Assembly: GCF_001194135.2 (NCBI RefSeq)
Contig: NC_068981.1
Location: 10,381,948 to 10,429,738, forward strand
Length of the DNA: 47,791 nucleotides
Direction: 5' to 3'
Source: Octopus bimaculoides
Taxonomy: Eukaryota
Both the position numbers and the translations under genes were made by a program. This document shows positions 26,168 to 39,100 of the stretch, piece after piece. The first letter of the stretch is position 1; each line of letters opens with the position of its first letter. The notes beneath the pieces are model-generated. The model was not told the origin of the DNA. It made no database searches and worked only from the letters and a program-made list of their open reading frames with translations.

Positions 26168-26274
26168 TCAATGGCATTCATAGTCAATTACTAAGGGCTT
26201 TGAGTCTGGAAAGAATTCACTTTTGCTTGGTCGCAGTAATTCTTGGATATGTTGGACAATTAACTCAATGGCAA
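26168..26274 (-). CDS. UCK1/UCK2: UCK probable last coding exon ([35 protein letters not shown])
   Basis: Acceptor TTTGTTTTTCTAG|TT; the VAIxLIVQHIQ motif is certain. The stop at 26168-26170 assumes no use of the possible donor GTGAAT at 26220. Confidence 0.8.
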
Positions 26275-28685
26275 CTAGAAAAACAAAGAGAAAATAAATT
26301 CAAACAACAAACGATACATTCATTGCAGGTTCTGATTAATCGTTTCATTACTGTATCAATATAGAAATGAAATGAGATCATGTTTCATATTTCCCAGCAT
26401 GCAAGTGGAATTCTTCAGATCAAAATTTACAACTAAAAGATGGTAAGTTGACTTTGGAGGATCAAATATTCCAAGTGAAACACAAAAGAATTTGGAACAA
26501 TATTGATGGTGTTTGAATGTTTATACAATATACTATGTCAATATCATCATCATTATCATCATCATCATCATCATTTAATGTCTGTTCTCCTTGCTGGCAT
26601 AGTTTGGATGGTTTAACAAGAGCTGGCAAGCCAGAGGGTTGCACCAGGCTCCAGTCCTCTGTTTTGGCATGGTTTCTGTGGCTGGATACCCTCCTTAACT
26701 TGTATGCTGGAAAATACGGTAATATCTAGAGTAGTAACCAATTTGTATTATATCATGTGAGATATCTATTTGGGAAAAACCTTCTTGTATGTAAAAAGTG
26801 ATACCTAAATGAGGTATATAAGTGATAGTTATTTATTGTATGCCCTGTGTGATATCTATGTCAAGTAACCTACATATACTGTATACAATGCATGATATCT
26901 TGTTGATATAAAGTATGTATATATTATCATTTGTGATATAAAAGTGGTGTAACTTACACAGATACTATGACTGATATTTAGTTGATATAATTTACAAATA
27001 TTGTATGTAACATATGATATCTGACTGAAGTAACTTCCATGTTTTTATGTTACATATGATACCTAGGAAAGGTAAATAACATATATTGTATGTAATATGT
27101 GATATCTAGTGTGTATTTTATGTAATGAGTGATATCTAGATGTGATAATCTGTATATTATCATCATTATCATTTTAACATCTACTTATGGGTTGGACAGA
27201 ATTTGTTTCTACAGGTGCATTTCCTGTTACCAATCCTCACCTGTTTCCAGTTAAGGTAATAATAATTCCCCTTGGCCAGACATGTTTTCATGTTAGTCTG
27301 GAAGCAAAGAGCACTACATGCATAATGATATATGTAGTTATCACATGATGTCAAGGCAAGGAGACAGTAATGCACACACACACACACACACACACGTATA
27401 TATTTATCAATCAGTTTCCATCAACAAAGTCCATTCACAAGGCATTGGTCAACCCAGAGTTATAATAGAAGGCACTTGCCCCATGTGCTATCTAGTTGAG
27501 GCAACTTACATGTAGTGTATGCAGCCACTGTGTAAGGTAGCACTATCTGTTGTCTGAAGCCATGTGGCTGACAATTGTATGGTCATACATTCAATTCCCA
27601 GCAGCACATTGTATTCTTGAGCAAAACACTCTATTCTCTGTTGCTCCAGTCCACTCAGCTGGTAACAAGGAGTTATACTTGTAATTCAAACGACCAACGT
27701 CATCGCACTCTGTGCCACACTGAATCTTCCTGAGAACTACATTATGGGTACATGTATCTGTGGAGTACTCAGCCACTTGAATACTAATATCACAAGAAGT
27801 TAAACGCTGATGATGATGATGATGATGATGACTTGAAAGAAAGCATGCATACTCTAACTTCACTTTTCACCCTCTAATAATTATAATGTTTGGTCAAAAT
27901 ATTGTTTGTAGTAAAGATTGTTTGCCAACATAACATGGCAGTCCTGGTTTAGGACTAATGTTGCTGTAATTCAGCCCTAGGAGAAATCACCTTCAGCTGG
28001 CTATACGACACTCAGCAGAGTGGACTTAGTGCTTTTTACAGCTTTTTGAAAGTGGGAATTAAAATGAGGTGGAGACGATGTTTCCTGGGGCTAAATTACA
28101 GCAACATTAGTCCTAAACCAGGACTGCCATGTTATGTTGGCAAACAATCTTTACTACAAAGTACTGTTGCTGAATATCTCTCGTTGTGAGATTTAAAAAT
28201 AGTAATTTTCTAAAATATTGTTTATAGTACTTATTGAAAAAAAAAACTAATCTCCAGTTAATGTTTTGGATCTACAAGTAACAAGAAAACACTGTCGGAT
28301 CAAGTGAAAACAGAAATGACATGATAAGTGAAAACTAATATTGATCAGCAGTAATTAGATGGATAAATTAAACTAAAGTGACGGGTTATTTCATAATGTC
28401 AATAACAATTATACTAATTATACTCTTGGTATCGTTAAAAAATGTCAACAGAGGTTGATATTATATATTCTTTTATTCTATTATTCTTTTACTTGTTTCA
28501 GCCAATTGACTGCGGCCATGATGGAGCACCGCCTTTAGTCGAGCAAATCGACACCGAGGACTTATTCATTGTAGACCTAGTACTTATTCTATCGGTCTCT
28601 TTTGCCGAGCTGCTAAGTTTCGGGGATGTAAACACACCAGCATCAGTTGTTAAGCAATGTTGGGGGAACAAACACAGACACATAA

Positions 28686-28735
<50 letters not shown>

Positions 28736-29175
28736 GATGGGCTTCTTTCAGTTTCCGCCTACCAAATCTACTCACAAGGCTTTGACTGAGCCGAGGCTAT
28801 ATTAGAAGACACTTGCCCAAGGCGTCATGGAGTGGGACTGAACCAGGAACCATGTGGTTGGTAAGCAAGCTACTTACCACACAGCTATTCTTGCACCTGC
28901 TTACTACACAGCCACTCCTACACCTTGAAATGTATATATTTTTTATTGTGAATGGTTTTGTTAAGCAGCGCCAATTTTTACACTTCTGTAAATAATAATA
29001 ATAGTATTTTTATAAGCTTAAAGCTTATAGTGTTCATTGTGCAATGACTAAAGAAAATAGTCTAATAATGGGACATATGAGCACTCAACAAAAAAAGTAG
29101 GTTTTCCTGTACATATGGGACCCTTTAGTTATTGCGCAGTGATCGCTATAAGCTTTAAGCTCATAAAATACTAAT

Positions 29176-29251
<76 letters not shown>

Positions 29252-32200
29252 GCACACATATATATATACAAATGCACATATATATTTGCGCGCGCGTGTG
29301 TGTGTATAATTATGTATGTATATACACACATGTATTTCTTTTACCATTTATCTTTTATGCTTTATTTGTTTCAGTCATTAGCCTGTGGCCATGCTGGGGC
29401 ACCGCCTTGAAGAATTTCTAGTCAAATGTATAAGTGGGACAAAGACAGACAAATACAGAACATCTCAAAATAAATACAGTGACGAAAGGGTTAATGCAAA
29501 GAGTTTTACTTGCAACTGTCAGGACAGAAATGAACCTACTTGATTTTAAAATATTTCCAATTTATCAATGCTCAGACAACAATGAATAAATGAATATAAA
29601 CAATTCATGAAAAGAGATAAGCCACATATAAATACTTGATTAACAGTCACTGTGAGTGACATGCCTTGTTATGAGGAATAGCATCTGGGTGTAAAACACT
29701 AATGCAGAAGATATGTCCAACTATACTTAGGTTACGTCTGTCATGAGCAATAGGACGCATAAAGCCAGAGTGTAACTTGGTTTCCATGTTGACTGAGATT
29801 GCAACACTCCCCCTGAATGGGGGATCTAGTCCATCATATCAGCTAGTGCTGGAGCTCATTTACAGTCGTTGAGTGGAGTGGAACAACATGAAATGAAGTG
29901 GTTTTGCATGAGAACACAAAGCATTGCCCAAACCAGTAATGAAAATCATGTTCTTACGATTGTGAGTGTAACATCCTAACTATGATGTCAGGATGGAAAA
30001 CTAGTCATGAAATGATGTTAAAATGGTGAGGATAAAATGCTAAAGAAATGGGTTGTTGTTCTGAAATAATAAACAAGAATCACAAAGAGGACATTGAGGA
30101 AGAGAATGGATAGTCATTCTGAGATGGAAACAGGAACCATGGGGAAGTCATTGAGGAAATAGAAAGAATGATTGATCATTGCAAGATAATGAGTGGAACA
30201 TTGAATTAGGTCATTGGTGATGAATAAATATAATGAGAAAATGGCGAAGGAAAACATGATTTATATTGAAGAGATGATAGAAAATGGAACAGAGTTGGAG
30301 ACAAGAGAAAGAAAAAGAAGCTTAAATGTATAGGAGGAGGAGAAGCGAGGAGGGGGAGGAGAAGCGAGGAGGAGGAGGAGAAGCAAGGAGGAGTGAACAA
30401 AAGAGGCAAAGGGAAATGGCACAGTAGGGTAGGAGGGATTTAAAAAAGAAAGCACATGAAAGTAGGCAGAGCAAGGAAAAATGTGAGTGAGGAAGAGCTA
30501 ATAGAATAAAAGAGAAAGAGGAGTGAAAAGAAAGTGGAGTGTCAGAGCCAAAATGCCAAGAAAGATGAGAAGAAGAAGAAGGAAAGAAGAGAGAAAAAGA
30601 AGAAAAAAATATTAGAAGATGCAAAAGAGTAGAGGCAGAAGTACATACCTGTGTTATCTGCACCTCTTGGTATGATGACATCAGCATATTTCTTTGTCTA
30701 AAACACAAAACAAAGTTTTTAAAAATCATGAATGCAGGATGATACATAAGTCTGCAATTTCTAACATTAATTAAATGTTTTTTTTTTGTTTTGTTTTGGT
30801 TTTGGGGTAAAAAGCCATAATCTGTAGCATAAATGACAACAACAAAATACAATATTCTTTTCTACTCTAGGCACAAGGCCTGAAATTTTGGGGAAGGGGG
30901 AAGGGGTCAGTCGATTGGATCGACCCCGGTATGCAACTAGTACTTAATTTATTGACCCTGGTATGCAACTGGTACTTAATTCATCAACCCTGGTACGCAA
31001 CTGGTACTTAATTTATCGACCTCAAAAAGTTGAAAGTAAAGTCGACCTTGGCAGAATTTCAACTCAAAACATAGCAACGGGCAAAATTTCGCTAGACATT
31101 TTGTCCAGTGTGCTAACAATTCTGCCAGCTTGCTACATTGACAAACAAAATACAATAATGAAAATTTAATTTCATAATGAAAATAGATTTATTTTTATTA
31201 ATTTAAATTTAATTTGAGAAATAGTGATACATCAATATTATCTTTAAAGTACCAGTTACATACTGGGGTTGGTCTAATCGACTGTCCCCTCTCCAAAAAT
31301 TTCGGGCCTTGTGCTTAGAGTAGAAAAGAATATTTATGNNNNNNNNNNNNNNNNNNNNNNNNNNNNNNNNNNNNNNNNNNNNNNNNNNNNNNNNNNNNNN
31401 NNNNNNNNNNNNNNNNNNNNNNNNNNNNNNNNNNNNNNNNNNNNNNNNNNNNNNNNNNNNNNNNNNNNNNNNNNNNNNNNNNNNNNNNNNNNNNNNNNNN
31501 NNNNNNNNNNNNNNNNNNNNNNNNNNNNNNNNNNNNNNNNNNNNNNNNNNNNNNNNNNNNNNNNNNNNNNNNNNNNNNNNNNNNNNNNNNNNNNNNNNNN
31601 NNNNNNNNNNNNNNNNNNNNNNNNNNNNNNNNNNNNNNNNNNNNNNNNNNNNNNNNNNNNNNNNNNNNNNNNNNNNNNNNNNNNNNNNNNNNNNNNNNNN
31701 NNNNNNNNNNNNNNNNNNNNNATATTGTGCTTGAGAAGACCTGACAAGCCAAGTGAGACCATAGCCTGTGGCCTGTGCCAGTGGGTGTAACCAGCCTACT
31801 TATGAATACCCCTCATTCATTGGACAATAAATTTTACTTGCGAAGACCTACTGAGGCAAGCGAAATCAAAATCAAAATTGCTGACATGGCCAATGACAGT
31901 ACCACCTGATTAGCACTCATGCTCATGGAACGTTAAGAGCACATTCGAGTGTGGGGTGTAACCAGCCCACTTATGAGTACCCCTCATTCACTGGACAATG
32001 AACTTTGCTTGCAAGGACCCATTGAGGCAAGTGAAATCAAATCAAAATCACTGACATGGCCAATGACAGTACCACCTGATTGGCACTTGTGCCAGTGGAA
32101 CATTAAAAGCACATCCGAGCGTGATCGTTTCCAGAGCCATGGATTGGCTCCTGTGCCAGTGGCATGTAAAAAGCACCGTTCAAGTGTGATCGTTGCCAGC

Positions 32201-32656
32201 ATCACCTTACTGGCACATGTGCCAGTGGCACGTGAAAAGCAACATTCGAGTGTGGTCATTGCCAATGCCACAAGACTGGCTCCCGTGCAGGGTAGCATGT
32301 AAAAAACACCTTTTGAACGTGGTCGTTGCCAGAACCGCCTGAACACGCCCTTGTGCCAGTGGCACGTAAAAGCACCCACTACACTCTCTGAGTGATTGGC
32401 ATTAGGAAGGGCATCCAGCTGTAGAAACTTTGCCAGATCAGATTGAGCCTGGTGCAGCCTTCTGGCTCACCAGTCCTCAGTCAAATTGTCCAACCTATGC
32501 CAGCATGGAAAGCAGATGTTAAACGACGACGATGATGATGATGATGATGATTGGTCAGAATGAGATAACAAAGTCAAGGCTGTGAAGTGTTTTCAGGACA
32601 TTTCATTATAATGTCCTGAAAACTCTTCACAGCCTTGGCTTTGTTATCTCATCCTG

Positions 32657-32695
<39 letters not shown>

Positions 32696-32823
32696 TGCTA
32701 ATACAAGACCTACATTAGACTCTTCACTCATATCATTATCAAACCAAGAGTTTAACTGCAGTCTGTCCATAGCACTTACTTAGCGTTACCTGCCACTCTT
32801 TGTGTCTTCTAGATACCAATACT

Positions 32824-32854
<31 letters not shown>

Positions 32855-33149
32855 GATGTGAGTAGGGTGTTAAGAAACACCTACATTGCTAGAAATAAGA
32901 GGTAAAATGCTCTAATGCTGTAATTAACTCACATGAATGGAAATACATACACTAACAGGGATCTGAAGCATCTGAAAAATGCCAATCGACTCAGGTCCCT
33001 GTTAGTGTATATATTTCCATTCTTGTGAGTTAACTACAGCATTAGGGCATTTTAGCTCTTATTTCTAGCAATGTAGGTGTTTCTTAACACCCTAGTCACA
33101 TTTAATGACAATGATAATTCTCCTTTTTGGTGAAACATTGCAACCTGCT

Positions 33150-33192
<43 letters not shown>

Positions 33193-36100
33193 CATACCCT
33201 TGAAGAATGCATATATGGAACCACAGAATTTATTAATAGGCTAAGATGGCGTGCTTTCTTCTTTTATATGAAAAATAACTGAAAGGACAACAATAATATG
33301 AATGGAACTGACTCTCGTGACAGGAATAACTATTATAATCTCAAAACTTATAGGAATCCACCGTCCAACCCAACTCTTGCTAAATTTGAACATGACCTTA
33401 TGAATGTGATTAAGTGGTTGAAGTTCTCCAAATATACGAATCCTTTCCAGAAATTCCTGTCTGATAAGATATCTGCAATGAAATCATTTCCTGATCTGCA
33501 CGTCCTATCGGATAAAACTGGACACATTTATTCTGTACCGCCGAAGATTTATAATGACTTGATCCTGAAGGAGTTAAACTCTGGTCATAAGCATGCAAGC
33601 AAAAATGCTGTGGATAGAATTAATGACATTCACTTAGAAATCATCTCTGCTTTGGGCCTGCTTGACAGAACCCAGCCTTAGGCTCTAAAAACTCCCCATG
33701 CCCTCTTGAAGGATCATAAGTCTGATTTTTTATCAAATCCTTCGCGTAGGTCGATCTGCTCCACCAAATCTGACTTGGGTAGAATCAGTAAATATATTAT
33801 TGATCATATTATTCCCATCGTGAGGGATAAGGTTCAGCTTCCCTTATGGAAATTTACTGGAGATGTTATCCTATGGTTTGACTCCCTTAAGGATAAACCT
33901 AATTTAGATTTTATACAATTTGGTCTCTCGAACTATTATAATTCTATATCCCCTATATTGCTGAATAAAGCCCTGATTTTCACCTGCAAATTTGTGGATA
34001 TACCTAGTTCGGATATTGATGTGATATTAGCGGCAAGGGAGACCCTCATCTCCTATAACAAACATGATTGGCAGAGAATTGATTCCACCAATTTCTTCGA
34101 TATAACCATGGGGTCTTATGATTCTGCACAGGTGACTGACTTAGTGGGCCTATACCTCCTTTCACAGATTAAGAATTAGTTTTTCTCTCCTCACCAGGGG
34201 GACTGTATAGGGACGATGCACTTCTAGCTGTACATAGCCAGTCTAAAACTGCACTGAATAGATTGAGGAAATCTCTGAGAGGTTTCTTAAAGGATTTCTT
34301 TAATTTTAACATTATCTTTGATGTTAACTCAAGAGTGGTGAATTTCCTGGACATTACATTGTGTTTGGATATGGGTTTATACTACGCATTTCATAAGCCA
34401 AACAAATCCATTTCATATATCAATGTATCGTCCAATTACCCAAAATCCACTATAGATAGCATTGTTACCGCTATTTTGATCAGAATCTCTGATTTATCTG
34501 CAAATGAAGAGATTTTCGATCAACATGCGCCAGTGTACAACAACACTCTAAAATTAAGTGGTTTCAGAACTAAAATCTCACATATACCTAACATGAGATT
34601 TAAAAACAAGATGGCAGGTCTACCACCTAACCATGTCATGGTTGGTCAGGAAAGAAGCAATGCATTACCTGATTGCAACCAAAATAAGCCATTGGTTAGA
34701 AATGTATTTAAAGAGGTTATGAATAGGTATAAGAAGCAAAATAGTGGTAGTGAGGAGATAAGTAAAACCAAGAACTCACGTTTTAGAATAAGGGAAGTAA
34801 TATGATTCACCCCACCTTTTTCTCTTAGGGTAAGAAATTTTCCCAAGATGTTTTTTAGGATTCTGGAGGAGAACTTCCCAAAAGGTCATAAATACTACAG
34901 CATTTGCAATAAGTCATCTATGAAGTTCTCTTACTCAGTAATGCTAAATTTGGCCTCCATTATTGCATCCATAAATAGAAGCAAGTTAAATGGGCAAGTG
35001 CACTGGAGATGTTCTGATACAAACCCCGATCCTGGGCAGGGAGGTTCTGATACGCCTAAGGTTAGTGATGCCAACATGTTGCTCCCACCGGGTGTATCAA
35101 ACCCCATTAATGAGAGATGTGAAGGAGTGAATGTGGGAAACCTGACAAGTACTGTTAGTAGTAGAAATAAGGTTAGGGATGGCTCTGGGAAATCATGTAA
35201 TTGTAGAAACCCTGGATTATGCCCCCTTGATGGGGTCTGTCTAATTACTAATGCAATTTATAAATGCATTGTTAAGGATGAGGATAATTTAGATAAGTTT
35301 TATATAAGTAGTAAAGTAAATCTTAAGGCTAGGTATAGGGCCCACATGAGCTCGTTTTCAAATGAAAAATACTGTAGCTCTACCACACTTGCATCTTATA
35401 TACACAATGTAAAGAGGAATAAGAAGAGTTATTCTCTGGAATGGTCTGTTATTTCAAGAGCCCCTTACTTCAGAGTAAATATAAATAAGTGTAAGTTGTG
35501 TATAAAAGAATCCCTTGCCATACTTAAGACTTTTGGGCCAAAAACTTTGAATAGAGTTACTGAGCTGATTCCTTTTTGCAACCATAGGTTTTCGTCCACC
35601 TTTTTGAAAGTATATAGAAATAAAAGTAGATGTAATAAAATTGTTTAGCGTTATGGGGATTTAAAACTGGTGAGGTTGAATTTCTGTTAACTACAGCCAC
35701 CTGAGTGTTTAGCAATAGACATTTTTTTTAGAAAATTTGAACTGCTCTGTTGATGTTTTTTCTTTTAAATTATATAAGCTTTCCNNNNNNNNNNNNNNNN
35801 NNNNNNNNNNNNNNNNNNNNNNNNNNNNNNNNNNNNNNNNNNNNNNNNNNNNNNNNNNNNNNNNNNNNNNNNNNNNNNNNNNNNNNNNNNNNNNNNNNNN
35901 NNNNNNNNNNNNNNNNNNNNNNNNNNNNNNNNNNNNNNNNNNNNNNNNNNNNNNNNNNNNNNNNNNNNNNNNGAGGGAAATAAAATACTTTTTTCAAATA
36001 TTAAAAAAAATTTTTTTTTAATTTTTAAAAAATATTTTAATTGTCTGATAAAACTTTTTTAGTCAGTGGACATTTATTTTATTTTATTTTTACCTTTACT

Positions 36101-39100
36101 TATTTTATATTTGTCTATTAGGTTTTTTGGTAGTTTTTGAATTTTTAGCTGTTTATATTTAACTTTTTGATAGGCCATTCCTTTTGTATTCTATTTGATT
36201 ATATGTGATTTTATGTATTATTATTTATGTATTTATGTATTATTTATGTATTATTATTTATGTATTTGCGAAACATGGTGTTTTTTATATATGATTAAAT
36301 GTTTGAGGTGTGGTGTTGTATGTAAAGCCGTTGACCCAAATTTAATGTTTGTCCTATAACCAACACTTCTTTATATATATATATATGTCACTTTGAAGTG
36401 CTGAAGATATTCAAACCTGAGGCATTAGAATAATGTAGAAATAAGAATCAAATTTATGCAAATCTAGTTTGCATAAAAATTTATATTTATTCAGCCCTAG
36501 GCCCAATATGCATGGATTTCTCTAAAAGTATATTTAATACACCAAACATATTAAAAATATATAGAGTAATCAATACATATAAAAATATATAAATATATCA
36601 TCATCATCATCATCATCATTAAACAACGATTATGATGATAATGATGATGATGATGATGATGATATATATACATTAAAAATATATTGAAAAATAGATACAT
36701 ATATAGGTCGACTTACAGATTATAAAGTGAAATCATAAAAAGAGTTAAGAGTCTATAAGATAAAAAGTTTGGGTGTTACTAATCCAGTTAATACTCCTAC
36801 AGCCGTTTCTGGGGGTCCGGTTGTCCAGTCATAAAAAAGATATTTACATCTATTTTTGGACACCACCGCTATATGCAAAAGACCAGGGGTTGGAAGTATT
36901 TTTGAGTGGTTGGAAGAAAAGATACAATGCATGATATTTAAGGCTACTGATGGCTCTATAGGAGGGAAGTGTTTTATTTTTCTAAAAATGTTTAAATAGG
37001 TGTGGAAGTTGGCTCTCAACTCTATCCAGAATCATAATGCATAAATGCTGAGTAAAACCTATGTTTACAAGAGTAAATGGTATCAGAAAATTTATTTAAT
37101 ATTGAGTAGTTGTGTAGAAGGAGAATAATTAATGACTCTTTTAAGTATAGTTTACATATATAGTTTTATTATGGACCAAGCCATTGTATGTTTTGTGATT
37201 TAAGATCATGTATGTGCATGGCTAATGATGTCAAGAATTTGTATTTTGTCTTAGTGAAAGAATTTAAGTGAGCTCGATATCAATGCTTAAAATCTATGGT
37301 GCTGCCTATATAGATCTTTGCTTGGTGTTTACTTAGTGTTTCTACATGACATTTATGAACAACATTTTTATGCAGACAAAAGCCTTCAAGCAGGCATTCA
37401 TTGGGTATATGACAATTACAGGTTTTCCTTTTTTGTTCTACCAATTATATTGGTTGTGTTGTTGCTATTTCACAGAAGCACACTGTTCCTTCATTTTAAC
37501 CATAGCAAAAATAAACAAACAGGGGAGCAGCACTGCAAAACAAAGATGCACCATGTGGCAGTACAACAGCACCCAATGATTCTGGTCAACAGACTGATGC
37601 CTGAAGGTTGCATCAAGTGGATTCTTGCAGCAGAAGCCTGAACTGCAACAGGTTTGTCCCACAGAGAACATTTCTGGTTACTTTTGGGTACCCCATCGTA
37701 TGTTACAAAAGCATGGTCTAAAAATGACCAACTGTTGATCCATGTCATACTCTGATATGCATAACGTGCACTTCATTCTCTTCCAGACCAAGGTCAGCAA
37801 TTACAGATGAAAAGGAATCTTGAAAAAAATTAGTTCTAGATTGGTTTTTGGATGTCATCAGAATAATTTGGTAACGGTCTGGTTATTCTACAGATATTTG
37901 TTAAGTTGTAACCCACATGAAGGGTCAAGGACATTTTCATTGCAGATCTTTAAGTGCTTGTCAAAATACTTCACACATTGCACTTGTCTTGTTTCATTAT
38001 AATTTTCTACTGTTGGAGACAACCCCATCCTTAGGAAGTGGATACTATTAATGCAACAATATATTGTCAGTTCTCTGCTTGGCCCTAGTAAGAACTTTTT
38101 TTAATTTTTATTTATAGAATGACAGATCAGTCAGTTTGTATGAGTACACCTTTGCTGTGTCTTACCACCATCCTCAAACCTCAATGTCAGATATATATTT
38201 TGTATGTATACACACACACACACATATATATATATATACATATACATATATATATATATAGATATATGATAATAATATTTCTTATAAGCTTTAAGCTTAA
38301 AAGTGATCACCATATAATGGCTAAAGAAAATAGCTTAATATCGGGGCATATAAGCCCTCGATGGAAAAAAGTGGGTTTTCTGCACGCACCCACTTTTTTT
38401 CTGTCAAGGGTTTATATGCCCCAATATTAGACTGTTTTCTTTAGTCAATATATAGTGATCCCTTATAACCCTTATAAGCTTTAAGCTTATAAAATATTAT
38501 TATCATTTACATAATTGTCACTCATCACCACTGTTCAAATCATTGCAGAAAATATATATATATTGTATATGTGTGTGTGTATATATATATATGTATATGG
38601 AGTCATACCCAATGAGTGGTGCGGCAGCACCATAGGCAACTGCTACAAAAGTAAAGGTGATGCTTTAGATAGAAATAACTACAGGGGTATCAAACTAGAT
38701 CAGGTGATGAAAGTTACAAAGAGGGTCATAGCCCAACTAATTAGGGAAAGAGTTAGCCTAGATGAGATGCAGTTTGGTTTTGTGTCAGGTAGAATCACCA
38801 CTGATGCTATATTTCTGATAAGGCAACTGCAGGAGAAATACCAAGCCAAAGATAAACTTCTGTACTTAGCTTTTGGTGACTTGGAGAAAGCCTTTGCCAT
38901 GGACCCCAATCCCGTATCTGGTGGCCAATGTGGAAACTAGGGATTGACGAGTGGTTGGTGAAAGCTGTATAAGTCCTGTACAGGGATGCTGTCAATAAGG
39001 TGAGGGTTGGCAACAAGTATAGTGAAAAATTCCAGGTAGAAGTAGGGGTTCACCAAGGATCAGTCCTCAGTCCCTCTTATTCATCACAGTCCTCCAGGCA

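Noticed and set aside
30206-30852. Leu/Ser/Phe-rich membrane-like ORFs
   Set aside because: Products of the polypurine tract; the real exon (30649-30697) is in a different frame.
32967-32996. Hammerhead ribozyme in the hairpin loop (ctgaaaaatgccaatcgactc)
   Set aside because: Lacks intact CUGANGA and GAAA cores and a pairable stem II; at most a decayed relic.
37465-37990. Minus-strand piggyBac-like words ([16 protein letters not shown])
   Set aside because: Fewer and weaker matches than the plus-strand MULE reading of the same bases.
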